Positions 20,560-34,286 of a stretch of 64,000 bases of DNA are shown one piece after another. Numbering within the stretch: position 1 is the first letter of the stretch; every line of letters begins with the position of its first letter. Origin of the DNA: Chrysomallon squamiferum (Eukaryota; Animalia; Mollusca); NCBI GenBank assembly GCA_012295275.1, contig CM022676.1, positions 18,290,001-18,354,000 of the forward strand, read 5' to 3'. Both the position numbers and the translations under genes were made by a program. The notes below the pieces were generated by a model. That model ran no database searches and was not told the DNA's origin. It saw only the letters and a program-made list of their open reading frames with translations.

Positions 20560-21203
20560 TTCTATTTTATTTCATTTATTTTATTTCATTTATTTTATTT
20601 CATTTATTTATTTATTTATTTACTTATTTATTTATTTATTTGTTTATTTGTTTGTTTATTTATTTAATGTGGCCATGACAACTGTTTTAATGACGTCCGT
20701 GTGTCGATCTGTCCAAGACTAACCTGAAGGAAGGTGTCTCAGGATGAAAACGATCGTGTCAGACAAGCCCATGGAGTTCTCTGCCTGGCATGAGTAGAAC
20801 GTCATCCCCGAGAAGTCCGTGGTGTTTACGATGATGCTGCCGTTGACGTTGGGCAGATCAGACTTTTCGTGTTTCCACCTGAAGCGGGTTGGGGGCGGGT
20901 TGGACAGGGTGGCACAGTGTAACGTCACCGACTCCTCCCACGAGATCCACATCGTGTACTTAGACTTCTGCACCTTGGGAGCGTCTAGACAACAACAACA
21001 ACAACATCAGCAACAACATCAACTAATAACACTAACAAGAGAAACGACAATAATTTATAGATATGTAAAACAAGACTATCGACGTAATCAAAATAACATT
21101 AATAATAATAATAATAATAACATTAACATAATAATAATAATAATAATATTAATATTAATAATAATAATAATAATAATAATAACATTAATAATAATAATTA
21201 AAT

Positions 21204-21240
<37 letters not shown>

Positions 21241-21745
21241 TAATAATAATAATATTAACAGTAGTAATCAAAATAATGATTAAAAACACATAAATAATAA
21301 CATTAAATAATACAATAAGGAAAACATAACTGACAGAATCGTACGCTCAAAGCAACAAAACGATAATAAATAAATAAATAAATAAATTAATTAATTAATT
21401 AATTTATCAAAAATAAAATTAAAAATGAAAAATAAACGGCAGTGTGTACATGTTATTTCCACTTTGAAGATGTGGACCTCTGTTTTTCCAACGATGTCGG
21501 CTGCAATGCAGACGTAGGTGCCGGTGTTCTTTGGACGAGTCCTGTAGATGGTGAGGGTGGAGTGGTGCGTCTCGTTCACGTTACTCAGATTAGCGGTAAT
21601 TCTCTTAATCTCCTCCCCGTCTTTCACCCACTTCACTAGCGTCACCGGCGTCGTGAAGCTGACGTCGCACTTCAGCGTCGCCGTCATGTTCTCGAGATAG
21701 AAGTACGGCATTGACGTCGTCGGTGAGTTGTGGTCGTCTGTAAAT

Positions 21746-21779
<34 letters not shown>

Positions 21780-22156
21780 TAAATAATAATAAAATTAGTA
21801 GTAGTAATAGTTAGAGTGGTAGTAGTAGTAGTAGCTGTTGTTGTTGTTGTAACAACTGTAATAATGCTAGTAGTAGTGGCCGTACTTGTAGTTGAGTGTT
21901 AGTAGTGATAGCAATACAAGCAGTAGCTGTAGTAATAATAGTAGTAGTAATAGCAGTAGCAGAAGATGCAGTAACAGCAGGAGTAGTGGTAGAAGAATAA
22001 TAGTAGTTGCAGTAGTAGTAGTAGTAGTAGTAGTAGTAGTTGTATTGAAATTGCTATAGGTGTTGAAAATGTACTTCTAGTACTAATAGTAGAAGTAATA
22101 ATAGAAGTAATAGTGGTAGCACTAGTAGTGAGAATTTGATATCTATCTCTCTCTCT

Positions 22157-22227
<71 letters not shown>

Positions 22228-22675
22228 TGAACTACTGAACTAGAAGAAGAAGAAAACGAAAGAAATAATACGTTATAAGTGTTTTCATACAAACAATCAA
22301 CTTCTTCTCTACTATTTTCGGTTTGTGAAGTGTCGGGTGAGTCATGCTGCAGTAGATGTGGTTTTCGTGGTGTGCCTTCGTCATCAGCACACGGAGATAG
22401 GACTCAACATCGTACGTGTTGTCGAGGTTTAGCTTGACGGTGGTGTTTCTGTGGTACAGTCTATCGTGTAGTTTCCACGTCAAATGTGGAGGCGGGTGCC
22501 CTGACGTCGCTTTGCATGTGAAAATCGTCATCGTGTCCAGAGGAACTAACGCTGATGACGTGATCTCTGGGCCACGTGGCTTGACTGACGCAAATAAATA
22601 AATAAATAAAATAATGAAGGTGATAATGGGACTGTGGCTGCGTACTTATTGAGTTTCCATTAGTGTGTTTGTGTG

Positions 22676-22710
<35 letters not shown>

Positions 22711-22739
22711 TCATATTTTGGTATGTGTGATTTTTCTTT

Positions 22740-22818
<79 letters not shown>

Positions 22819-23534
22819 TTAGTTATGTTAATTTATTTATGTAGATCTCACCTAACACGTTTACTAACATCTTTGCTTGTCTGGTGTTCTCACCCACAGT
22901 TACTCTACATTTGAAATAAATATCTTTATGTTCGTTCATTCCTCTTGTCGGTATGAATGTGTAGTTAGCCGTGTGCATCCACGTTCCCAGGTCTGTCTCT
23001 GACACTGTATATGCAGACGTCGACAAATCATGATGTAGGATCGACCACACCAACGACGGCTTTTTCGTGGATAGTTCGACAAAACAGGAAAGCGTCGTAT
23101 TTACTCCTTCAATTAATAGTGCTTCGTGGATGACAGGACCAGAAACTAAAGGAAACAATTATTGTTAGGTTGCTGTTGATGACGAGGATAATTAAAATAA
23201 CGATTATGATGATGATGACATGGTAATACAGTTTTACTTAAACTTCGATGAGCAGAAGAAAAAAAATGTATATATATATCAACAGGGCAATAAATAAATA
23301 AATAAATAACATACTCATGGGAAAAATGAATGAATAAATAAGTAAATAACATAATAAACATAACATAACATAAACTTCTAAGAAATTAATGATTCTGAAA
23401 CGAATATTTAAATTGTCTTTCCTTCGAATCTACTTACTTAGTTCGTCTTTGCTTTCCTTTGAAAAAACATATTGCAGCATGTAAAGAAAACATACACTTA
23501 TTTTAATCAGTTCAATAATCCCTCTGCAAAACAT
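18282..23534 (-). CDS. Type I transmembrane immunoglobulin-superfamily receptor/adhesion protein (signal peptide, 4 Ig domains, TM, short tail). Exons 23534-23438, 23145-22852, 22584-22291, 21737-21450, 20984-20724, 19167-19042, probable 18400-18282
   Basis: All introns are GT-AG and phase 1, the usual one-domain-per-exon IgSF layout. Ig motifs: TLSC..LVW..FKCRV; FTCKATSGHPPPHLTW..IYCSMTH; LKC..VKWVKDG..STLTI..TGTYVCIA; VTLHCATLSNPPP..FRW..YSCQAENSMG. TM: LIMSIIVPVGLTITIGVVLFIFG followed by RSR. Leader: MFCRGIIELIKISVCFLYMLQYVFS. The first and last exons are less certain than the Ig exons. Confidence 0.85.
19169..19475. repeat. Compound (AAT)/(AAC) microsatellite abutting the Ig-receptor TM exon acceptor
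   Basis: Seen directly. Confidence 0.95.
20387..20665. repeat. (TTTA)n/(TTTTA)n microsatellite
   Basis: Seen directly. Confidence 0.95.
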
Positions 23535-23737
23535 TTTATTTAATAACATCTAACATAACTTTATTTTCTTTCAAACAAAATCTCTAATTATGAGCATCCA
23601 TTTACAAATCGATTTTTCGGCTTTATGACGCAGTAATTCAAGATGACGTATTATTATATTTCTGGCATGTCGTAATCTAATATTTATTTATTTATTTATT
23701 TATTTACTTATTTGTATTTTACTATTATTGTTCAGTT

Positions 23738-23769
<32 letters not shown>

Positions 23770-24377
23770 CTGGGGGGTGGGTGTTTTGGGGGTTTTTTTG
23801 TTACTTATCAGTCTTATCTCATTCCCCCATTCATAACTAATCTACAAACATACAAATATTGTGCAACATATAAATTTGAATCCTAGCGGCACTACTGGAT
23901 ACTACTGGTCGCGTCTGGGGACAGTTTAAAACCATGCTGCACTTTAAGTCCCAATATACTTTTCGCCCTCCCTGTGTGAATTTTTTGGTACTCTATGTGT
24001 GTATATGTACGCATATCTGTTTAGTAATTTAATGTTATGCCAGAATATGATTTCACGTAATTCATGATATGACTGTAAGTTAAATAGGGTAAGCTGTTTC
24101 GCGTTTAGAGTTACGTCCCTTCAGTTTTTCTGAATTTTATCACGAATAATAATTATTATTTTCCTAACTGGAAATATTTCCGATGCTGTTATATAATAGA
24201 ATGAAATTATGTCGCCTGATTATTTTATCATTGTTCTTATTTTAAAAATTTATCCAATATTCTCGAACAAAATCTAAAAGGCGACGAAAATACCCGATCA
24301 CTACCGATGTTTGCCACGTAATTTAGAACTTCATATTGATCGTGGACATTTTTGTTTTTGTGTTCTGTTAAGTTAAA
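23535..24377. promoter_or_regulatory. Probable bidirectional promoter region between the Ig-receptor gene (minus) and NIT2 (plus)
   Basis: The two predicted start codons diverge and are only about 840 bp apart. The region retains CpGs, whereas the NIT2 gene body is visibly CpG-poor. Transcription start sites are not visible. Confidence 0.5.
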
Positions 24378-27300
24378 ATGTCGAGTAAGTTTATTTTAGA
24401 ACTTTATATTGCTTTATGTGTTTTATCTTAGTAGCTTATGAGGTTGTTTGAATAGTATTTGCATTTGATTTATGTATTCTTAATATCAGTATTTACTAAT
24501 TTGTGTCAAAGGATCGAGGGACGCTAAGATTTACGATTGTTCGAGAACGTTTACAGTAACCCCATGCAAAAATGCAGTAATTATTTTGAATATAATGATT
24601 ATTATTCTTTATTCTTTATGCATTTTTTATTTTTCCTTCTTTTAACTTTCCTGTCTCCCCAGAATTTAAGCTTGCTTTGATTCAGTTGATGGTTAGTGCT
24701 TCAAAGAAAGATAATGTGAGTCGAGCTGTCGATTTTATCACAGAAGCTTCCAGATCAGGAGCAGACATAGTAGCTTTACCCGTAAGTAGATCCCCAGGAC
24801 TCTGTCCAGTATATGGATGTGTGGCCCCAGGACTCTGTCCAGTATACGGATGTGTGATGAATAAAATAGATCAATTAGGCTGTTGGTAAATGAAATATAT
24901 TTTAAAAATTTGCAGTACACATTATGTTAAATTAAATTAAAAGTGATTAAACACTTTGATGAAAATTATCCATATTAATTTTAGACTGTCGGCCATTTTT
25001 CCGAAGATAATCGAAACCAGGACATAGTATACATTGCTTCATAAACTTATCCTTTCTATTGTTTTGTTATATATAATAATATAATAACCTTAAAAAACAA
25101 CTGTTGATTCAGTGTAATTTTTTTTTTTTTAATAATTTTAAATTGTTTTCATTAAAAGTTTTTGTTAAATAAAAATGTTGAAACTTCAAACAATTTGAGG
25201 AATGCAAAAAAAAAAATTAACAGCTTGCAATTAATCTGATCATTTTCTGAGGAATGAAAATGAATAAGCAATGGAAAATGCATTGCATTTTTAAAAAGTA
25301 AGTTAATAACTAAAACATAAAGTGACAATAATTTTAAAAAAAATAGAGAAAGAAATAACTAAATACAAATGACTGCTGACAGTAACTGAATGCTGTTAAC
25401 AAATTTGTCGGATTTTAAAGTTCTTTTTAAAATATTATACAAGTGAGGGGAAATAAAATTACTATTAAACCTTTCATACACAGACTTTACATGTTTGTAG
25501 CATTAACCATATATTAATTCAGTAAAGATTAGATAATATACCTAGAGGTGTTCCCTTTTGTGAATAAAATAAACTAAAAACCTGTAACAAAATGTGTACT
25601 GGTCTTCATAATGCACTTATTGCAGAAACTATTTCTGTTTCAAAATGACATCTCGACAGAGCTGCTGGAAATAAGATCAAAGACAATTTTTTTAAATTTA
25701 TAAATTTTGCTTTCATACACACATGCACAAACACACATGGATACATAGTCTGATTTAACATAATGGCATTAATAACTTTTATTGTTTTCAGGAGTGTTTT
25801 AATTCCCCATATGGAACAAAATATTTCAAGGAATATTCAGAAAAGATTCCAGGGACTACTTCTGAAATTCTATCAAAAGCTGCCAAAGATAACAAAATAT
25901 TTCTAGTGGGAGGTGGGTTTTGTATATAAATATAGTTGACTTTTTTGTGAATTTATATTTTGTTTTGTTCATGGATCTTAAAAAGCATACTTAATAAGCT
26001 TGCTAATTTTAGTAATTAAGATAAAACAGTTGCAAAATTGTCAGTTTTCTCCCTGTTATTTTCATTGCGCTAATTGTGGATAGGTGCACCAGATGAACAC
26101 TGAACACATCAACTTTCTTTGGATTTTGCAGATTGCTGTCTGTTCCTATCTAACACAAAGGCAGTCATTTCATTTGCAAAATTCTCATGATAAATACTGA
26201 ATTTAACAGTTTTAGTATAATAAACATAACAATGTTTACAGAATAACAATACAGCATACTCTGTATGTGCAGCTATCATTTTTTTTAAATTATCAAATAT
26301 CTTTTAAAACTTGATTATTATTATTTATTTATTTGCTTTAAGTGTTGATTAGCAACATCAGAGAAGCTATCGAGAATACTTAAATAGGTAGCTTTTGTTT
26401 GCAGTCAAATTAAAACATCTACAAAGCAAAGAAAACTTCTGTGTTTTCTTCAAATATCCGACTTATCACACCTGTGTCTTTAATTGCCTTTAGTCTCACT
26501 GTTAAAGGCAGTTTATTACTCCTAACTGGTACCTGCAACACCTTTCTGGAGTTAGAAGACTTTGTTTATTATAGAGGATTACAGTAATCATCAAATGCCT
26601 CTACTATTTTTAAGTAATATATATGTATATGGAGGTACCAGCAGCCTAGCCGATATAATTGGTCAAAGCTGTTAAAAGTTTCCTTCACTCCCAGGTCTGT
26701 TCTCTAAATCATGGCATAAAAAACATACATGGAACTAAAGATCATTTTAAATTTTAAATTGTTCTTGTGTGTTAAATAGTTCTTTGTATGAGAGTGTTAA
26801 ACACGATGGGGGTAAATGCCATAGGTTTATTGTGCAACTAAAAAGAACTGGCGCTATTTGAAATGATTATATTTCTATGTTGATTATATTTTCAATAGCT
26901 TATAGGATGCATGTTTTATTATATAATACGAACATGCTCTGAAATAAATGAATTAACATTGTTCTGCTGATTACTATCTTCCCTTCTAAAACAGTTGATT
27001 ATTTTCTTTTCAAAATTCTTGCGATAAACGTCAAATTAAGAATCGATAAGTGTGTCAAATTAAGAATCATAAACATAACAAACTATACTACATAATAGAA
27101 CAGTGTATTCAGAGGTATTGATGGAATGCTGAATAAAAAAACTAATCACTTTTTTTAAAATATAAAATCATAAATCAGTTTTAAAATTGATTATTGTTGC
27201 TTGTTGATAAGCTCTATTAGAGAAAATTTAAACAATGGTCAGATGATACATAACTTTTGTTTGCTGTCAAATCACAGTAAGTACAAAGCTAAGAAAATTC

Positions 27301-27482
27301 TTTTACTTCTGCTTCAAATGACACTTATAACACCTATGTCTTTAATTGCCTTTAGTCTCATGATTACATACATTTTATTGCCCCTAATTAATACCCACAA
27401 CACTAGACTCCAAGGATTAGGTGTTTATGTATTGCAGAGGATTATAGTTAAACATCAAATGCTTGTAGTCCTTTTGAGTAAC

Positions 27483-27516
<34 letters not shown>

Positions 27517-30500
27517 CTACATACATACATATCACAATATCTTAACTTATTACTACTAATTATTTAATGGAGTGAAAATTCAAGCTGCTTATGTAAATAA
27601 AGTTGTGCTGTTGTACATAAATTGAAAAGGTAATTTTGTTTATGGGCTTCGCAGTAAAACACTTTTTTTTATTAAAATGTTAGATTCAAATATGTTATTT
27701 GAAAGATCTTGATAAATTGTTCACAACACAGGTTGAATTTTTCAAATAAGACCAAAACTGAAACCACACTGTCTGTTTGAACTTTTAATCATTCTGCCAT
27801 GTGTCATTTTGAAGATTTTATGTGTTTACCATGTTATTTTGAACATATATACAAACATACAGGTCTGAAAAAAAATTGAGCTCATTTAGCAAGTTGGTCC
27901 CATTGCTCTTGTTGATTTTCAGCCTTTTGTGTCAATTACTTTTCAAACTTCAGTTGGCCAAAGTATCCCTTTCTGCTAATTAGCCAAAACAGGGCTGAAA
28001 ACCCAACAAATACCTGTTGTACCAATTTGCATATATCTTTTAAACCTTTGGAGATAGATTCATAATTTTTTGTGTGTTTTGTTTCTTTTGGCTACAGCTT
28101 TCATTATGTACATATTATATGAAATAAAAATTTGCCTGCCAGTACTAAAATATGTTTTAACACTAATTGTTTAAAATAGATAAGATTGAAAAATTATGGT
28201 ACTTGTGTTAACAAAGTTATGCTGTGACATTTAAAAATGGTCTGTTATTTTAACCCCTGAAAAATGCAATAATATGACTGTAAATATTTTAAAAAGCATT
28301 TGAAGTTGAAAGTATAATGTACATGAACAAAAAAGCAACAAAAAAATTCAAAAATTAAAAGTAACCAGGGAAAAATTGGCAGACCAGTTGTTCTTTAAAC
28401 AATGGGAAAAAAAATGTTGAGTCCTCCTTGTTAAAATTCTACCCAAACTTTTTTGTTGTTTTGTTTTGTGTTTTAAAGTTTTAATGCCTAAACATGCATG
28501 GTTTGTAATGATTTTTTAAATAAATGGACTGCCTCCAGTTTACTAATTTCTTCAACCTTTTTCTCTATTCTTTGCATTTGCAATAGTGAATACTATATAA
28601 TTTTTTATTCAATATGCATAAAGTTAAAAAAAAATAATTTAGAAATCTCTTTGTGTGCTCGTTTAGGAAACTTATATATATCTCAATTTTTGTTTTGGGT
28701 CCCAAGTGTCTCCTTTTGCCAAAGTTCCTCACAAACATGTGTGTGTGTTGTTGTGTTGTGTTGTGTTGTGTTGTGTTATGTTATATCTGGTTTTTATTTT
28801 AACTTCATGACTTTATTCTGTTGTCAGGTTCCTACCCAGAAGAAGATGATGGTAAAATTTACAACACATGTACAGTGTTCAGTCCTGATGGCTCCATGAT
28901 TGCAAAACACAGAAAGGTAATTTTAGTTTTGTTTATTTTATAAACCTATTATTTGAAAAGTATGTGGTTTAAAAAAAAAAAAATAGGTGGCAGTTTAAAT
29001 ATATTTATTTATCTGTGTGTGTGGACATATATGTGTTTATATACTTGTCTATGCGTGTTATGAAAAAAAGAAAATTAAAGTCTTTGGCATAACTTTAATG
29101 TTTATACCTATTTTTTTATTTTTTGCTCTTTATTTTTTTTTTTTTTAAATTTATTTCAGAGTAGAAAGTATAATTTAACTATTTTGTGACTTGCATTTCT
29201 TGTGCACAAATTTTTAATTTAATTTTTTTTTTAAATTTATTTTTAATTTATTTTAAGTATTGCCGGTATCTGAATACAATATTGATTTTTCTGTAAAGCT
29301 TTGACACACACCTGACATTAATGCTTTGATATCACACATTTGAATGAAATTTTAACATTACTGCTTTAACATTAATGATTTTCTATTAATATTTTGACCT
29401 TGATGTGTACTAGATATTAATCGAGTCATTTCAAAAATAATTACACAAATCTTAATGGACAGCTGTACCATGTCTTCTGTATGCTTCCAGCAGCTTACAA
29501 TCCAATCTAGACAGTGCTGCATGACATATTTTCCTTTCGTTAATCTTAATCCTTTCACTGTGGAATTATATTTCCTGTAAAATCAACAAGACTAGTAACT
29601 GCACTGTTGCCCTAACAAGCTGCAGGACATACTGTCAGTTACAGTGTTTAAGAGAATCAGTTGGGGAGGGGGGGGTGTCTGCATAGCAACAAGATTTTAT
29701 AAGGCCACAGTGTAAATCTACTTTCTGCAGTTAATAAATTTTGAGTGGATACACCTGCTTATCATACAGAAATGATTAGCAGTGTGTGACACCCAAATAA
29801 CCTCAGATCATAACTGTGTTGTATGTGCTGTTTTAAAAATAAATTAACTTTTTAAAGTTCAGCATGTTAAATACAACATTCAGAAAGTATTTAATATTTA
29901 AAAATATGTTGATTTTTATTCTGTTACATTTTAATTGTAAAATTTAATATTCATAACTGTGTCAAAAGTGGTGTTAAATTTAATTTAAAGAACTATGTTG
30001 GGTGTAACTGTCAAATTTAACTTATCAGTATGTGTTGGGTGTTACTGTTAAATTTAATATTCATAACTGAGTCAAAAGTGGTGTTAAATTTAATTTAAAG
30101 AAATATGTTGGGTGTAACTGTCAAATTTAAATTTGTTGTGTGTTACTAAACGCAAAACTTTTCTTCTTAGGTCCATCTTTTTGATATTGATATACCAGGA
30201 AAGATAACTTTCAAAGAGTCAGACATCTTATCTTGTGGAAATCAGCTGACCTGCTTTCAGACCAGTAAGTAGGTTAGACTGGTGGTTCATACGTGTGTGT
30301 GTGTGTGTGTGAGATACAACTGACACTGGTAAGCAGGGTTTACCTAGCATCTGCCTAATGAGTCACTGTGATTGATACAATTTTATTTTTAGAGACTAGC
30401 ATTAAAACAAGCAATTTTATTATTTTGTTATTATATTATGACTTTTAATTGAATACCTTGATCTGTGTTGTTTACTGCATTAACTGGTTTATTTATTTGT

Positions 30501-30974
30501 ATCTTGGATTTAACTGTTTTATTTCTTTTGTAACATCAGTTTTTAATAACAACAAAGTACTGCTGTGTAGCCATTTGTGTGACTTCATTTGCTCAGAATA
30601 CCACAGAGAATGTGTATTTATTTGTCTATTTATAATTTTTAACATATTTTTCTAGGTTTTGGGAAAATTGGTCTTGGTATATGTTATGACATCAGATTCT
30701 CAGAAATGGCACATCTCTATGCTAAGAAAGGTAATTATGTTATTACCATGGTTACAGAATTTATTCCCTTTTCTAACTGGCTGCTATAGAGATTACATTT
30801 ATGAGAAATTGTCAGATAAATGTTAAATGTATTTTAGTTTGAAGTCTTTAGATCAACCCAGATGCTAGTCTGTAAAAATAGCCCTTGAATTATTAACAGG
30901 AAAAAATCTTACATGAAACAGGGTAATAATGTATTAAAATGTTGGTGTTCTGATATATCTGTTGTGTTTGTAAT

Positions 30975-31023
<49 letters not shown>

Positions 31024-33696
31024 CATACATATATACATATATATATATATTTGAATGTATTTTAGTTTGTAGTTTATTGATATATCCTATAAGAAAATAA
31101 TTAATGGAAATTTTCAAATCATGTCATTAGCATTATGGAAAACAGCAAAGGTTCGATGTCTTGAGATATCTGTGTTCTGAAACGTATGTTTGTAACATGT
31201 AACATTTTTATTTTAGGCTGTAGTTTGTTGATTTATCCTGGTGCTTTCAACATGACAACAGGACCTGCACACTGGGAGCTACTACAGCGTTGTCGTGCTG
31301 TTGACAACCAGGTGTACGTAGCTGCAGTGTCACCCGCTCGAGATGAAACCGCCTCATACACTGCCTGGGGACACAGCTCTGTGGTGAATCCCTGGTGAGA
31401 AAACAAGTTTGATAATAAAACACTGTCTGTGCAGTCTGTTCACAGATCCAGTAGAGTAACAAAAACATGGAATACAGTTAAAATTGGCTACAACAGACAT
31501 CCGCAAGCATTTACAAATTACAGATGTGTCAGTTATAAAGAGGTGACTGTTCCATACAGATCCATGATTTATTAAAGGATTTTTTTAGCCAGTATTGTGA
31601 TAGAGATAAAAATACCTTTATAAGAAATAATTTATATTTTATAAGAGAATTTCTGTGTTAGTAAAATAGTAACAGTACAAAAAAGGGGTTGATTTTTCTT
31701 AATTATTATTGCTTTCCTTGTTCCACAAAACAAATACAACTTTTTAAAATTTAGTTAATTTGAGAATGATTGACACCAAAATGATCACAAGTCTTTTAGC
31801 CAGTTAAATTTCTTTGTTCAAATTTTGTATTAACATTGGTCTAATGTTAAAGCAGTACAGTTTCTCAGGGATGAATTGCATGAAATCTCAGGGACAGACT
31901 GGCATTAACATTAAGAAAATAGATTATTTTATCAAAAGCTATTATCAATGTGGCAAGTTAAATCAGTATTGTTATTTCATATCATTGCCAGTCCAGTGGC
32001 AGAATGTGATTATTAGTAGCCAGTATGCAGCCACTATAAAGTTAACCTTAATAATTTTAACAGAACATCTTTATTGAGTGTCTCCTGCACCAGTCCATGT
32101 TTGTCCACCTACAACAGTGGGTACCTAATTTAACACACACACTTTGATTTTTAGCAACTTTATTAGCATAGTGTGATTACACAACACAGTAACAAAAGTT
32201 GAAAATATTGGAAGAAACCACTGTTAGCTCAGTGTGTTAACTCTTCTCACTGTAACATCATAACGGAGAAACTATTATACATATCATATGTTTGCTTTTC
32301 AATTATAATTGGTGGAATTAAGTAAAATTTGCAAGTGTTGAAGTGTTGTGGCTGTTACGGCACGCTGTACATGTCATTTAAAGAAGGTTAATTCATTGGT
32401 GGCAGTTTGGGGTCCTGTTATAACTAGGTGACCATCCTGAACAGGTGGCTGTTAAAGCATTTCTGACTGCTTACATAAATAAAATGTCTTAGAATTTTAA
32501 TTTCTATATGATAGATATTGCTTTGCATTTAATGAGAAATGTTAGGGAGTGAAGGCATTTTATGACAGTTTTGTGGAAGTCATTGAGGTAGCTATTTAAT
32601 GCCCAATAGCTGATCAAAACTGTTCATATTAATCACTGTTGCCCCAAATAAAATCGATAGCTTTGCCTATTTTAGGTCACCAAACTAAGCTACTTTTCTT
32701 TGTGATTTTTAATTCTGTTTTTGTCAGAAATCTGTTCATTGTCTGAGCTAATGTAGATTTGTTTCAATTTTTTATTTTTTATTTTTATTTTCGTATTATC
32801 CAAGATTGGTGTATACAGTTTGGTATTAGTGGCTTATATATGACTGACTGTTTCACTAACAATATTTCAACATTATTTTTCCATTTGTTTTAAATTAATT
32901 TTTATGAAAATCAATTTTTCAGAATTATGAATTCAGTTTTAATTTAATTCTCCACAAAAAAATAAAATAAAATAAAAATAAATAATAATAACAATAACAA
33001 TAACAACAACAACAATAAAATTTCATGTTATTTTATTTTATTAATTAAGGGGAAAAGTCATTGCGTCATGTGAACATGAAGAATCTGTTGTTTATGCAGA
33101 CATAGGTAAGTAAAAATCTTGACAATTGTTGAAATTTTCCACAGTTAACATTATAATTTATAATAAGAACATTTTGTTTTTTGTTTTTTAAGCATTATTA
33201 ATTTCTGATATTTGTTTTTATTAACTTCATTTTGTCTGGGGAGGGAATTTTTTTTAAAATATAATCACAGAAAATTTTGTTTAGTTACATTTTCTTTTTC
33301 TTTTTTTAAATATTTTTTTTAATTTATTTTTGTTTCCCATTTTTACTAGCTTAATTGTAACCCTACTAAAGCTTCTAGTTTATTGCTATTGTTAAAGTAA
33401 ATTTAGTGGTTATAATATTAGTACTAGAGACAGTTTTTGTAATAATGAAAAGCAATGGCAAGAGTATCATCAGTAATAGTAATAGCAGCAGTGGTAGTAG
33501 TAATGGTAATAATAGTAGTGGTAATGAAAATTTATTTTCATCAACATTAATAAAATTCAGCTGACATAGTTATATATTGATACATGTATTTTTAATTGTA
33601 GATTTTGACTACTTGCAAGAAGTAAGAAGCCAGATTCCACTCAGAAAGCAGAGAAGAGAGGATTTGTACAAAGTTCAAGATCTCAGAGAATCTTAG
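24378..33696 (+). CDS. NIT2: Omega-amidase NIT2 (nitrilase superfamily), 277 aa. Exons 24378-24384, 24663-24781, 25792-25912, 28828-28916, 30171-30264, 30656-30730, 31217-31394, 33050-33105, 33602-33696
   Basis: The spliced ORF is 834 nt with GT-AG introns and consistent phases: [108 protein letters not shown]. The catalytic Glu-Lys-Cys triad is intact. Confidence 0.97.
31474..32470. mobile_element. Possible old TcMar-type non-autonomous element in NIT2 intron 7
   Basis: It starts ta-cagttaaaattggctacaac and ends aggtgaccatcctgaacaggtggctgttaaagcatttctgactg. These form a loose inverted terminal match, with aggtg(a/g)c subterminal motifs at both ends. Heavily diverged. Confidence 0.3.
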
Positions 33697-34248
33697 CTGC
33701 AAGTTCTGATTTTCAAACAACGAAAACAGATTTTGTTACCAGTATTAAATGAATTACAGTGTAGCCGAATTTATATTGCAGTCAGGTTTGATTTGATTCA
33801 GTTATATTCAGGTGGAAATTGAACATAACCAGAGGTATATTAATTTATTTGTATTACACAAATTAATGTGATAACATTGTGTGATTTAATTTTGTTGCGT
33901 TACGGTTGGGTGTAAATTATATTGGTTACATTCCAGTCTGGTATGAATTATATGAATCATTTGTTATCAGGCCAAAAATTAAACAAGTGGTGATAGACCC
34001 AGGTGAAAAATCACCTGCTGTGCAGTGAAAAAGTAACATGTATTAGTAAATTTTTATCATCAGGTATGAATTAAACTTGTTATTATAATGAACTGTTAAT
34101 TAACTATCAAATGTTGAATGTATTAAATCGCTGATCAAGCACTGCCTAAACATAAAATGTAAATTAGCTTTAAATACAGAAGACTGTCACACTTAAGCAC
34201 TAAGTATTAATTTTATCCTTTTGTTTTAATTCTTTTACTAATCTTTAA

Positions 34249-34286
<38 letters not shown>

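Noticed and set aside
29939-30131. About 110-bp direct duplication before NIT2 exon 5
   Set aside because: A simple local AT-rich duplication that does not include the splice site; no sign of function.
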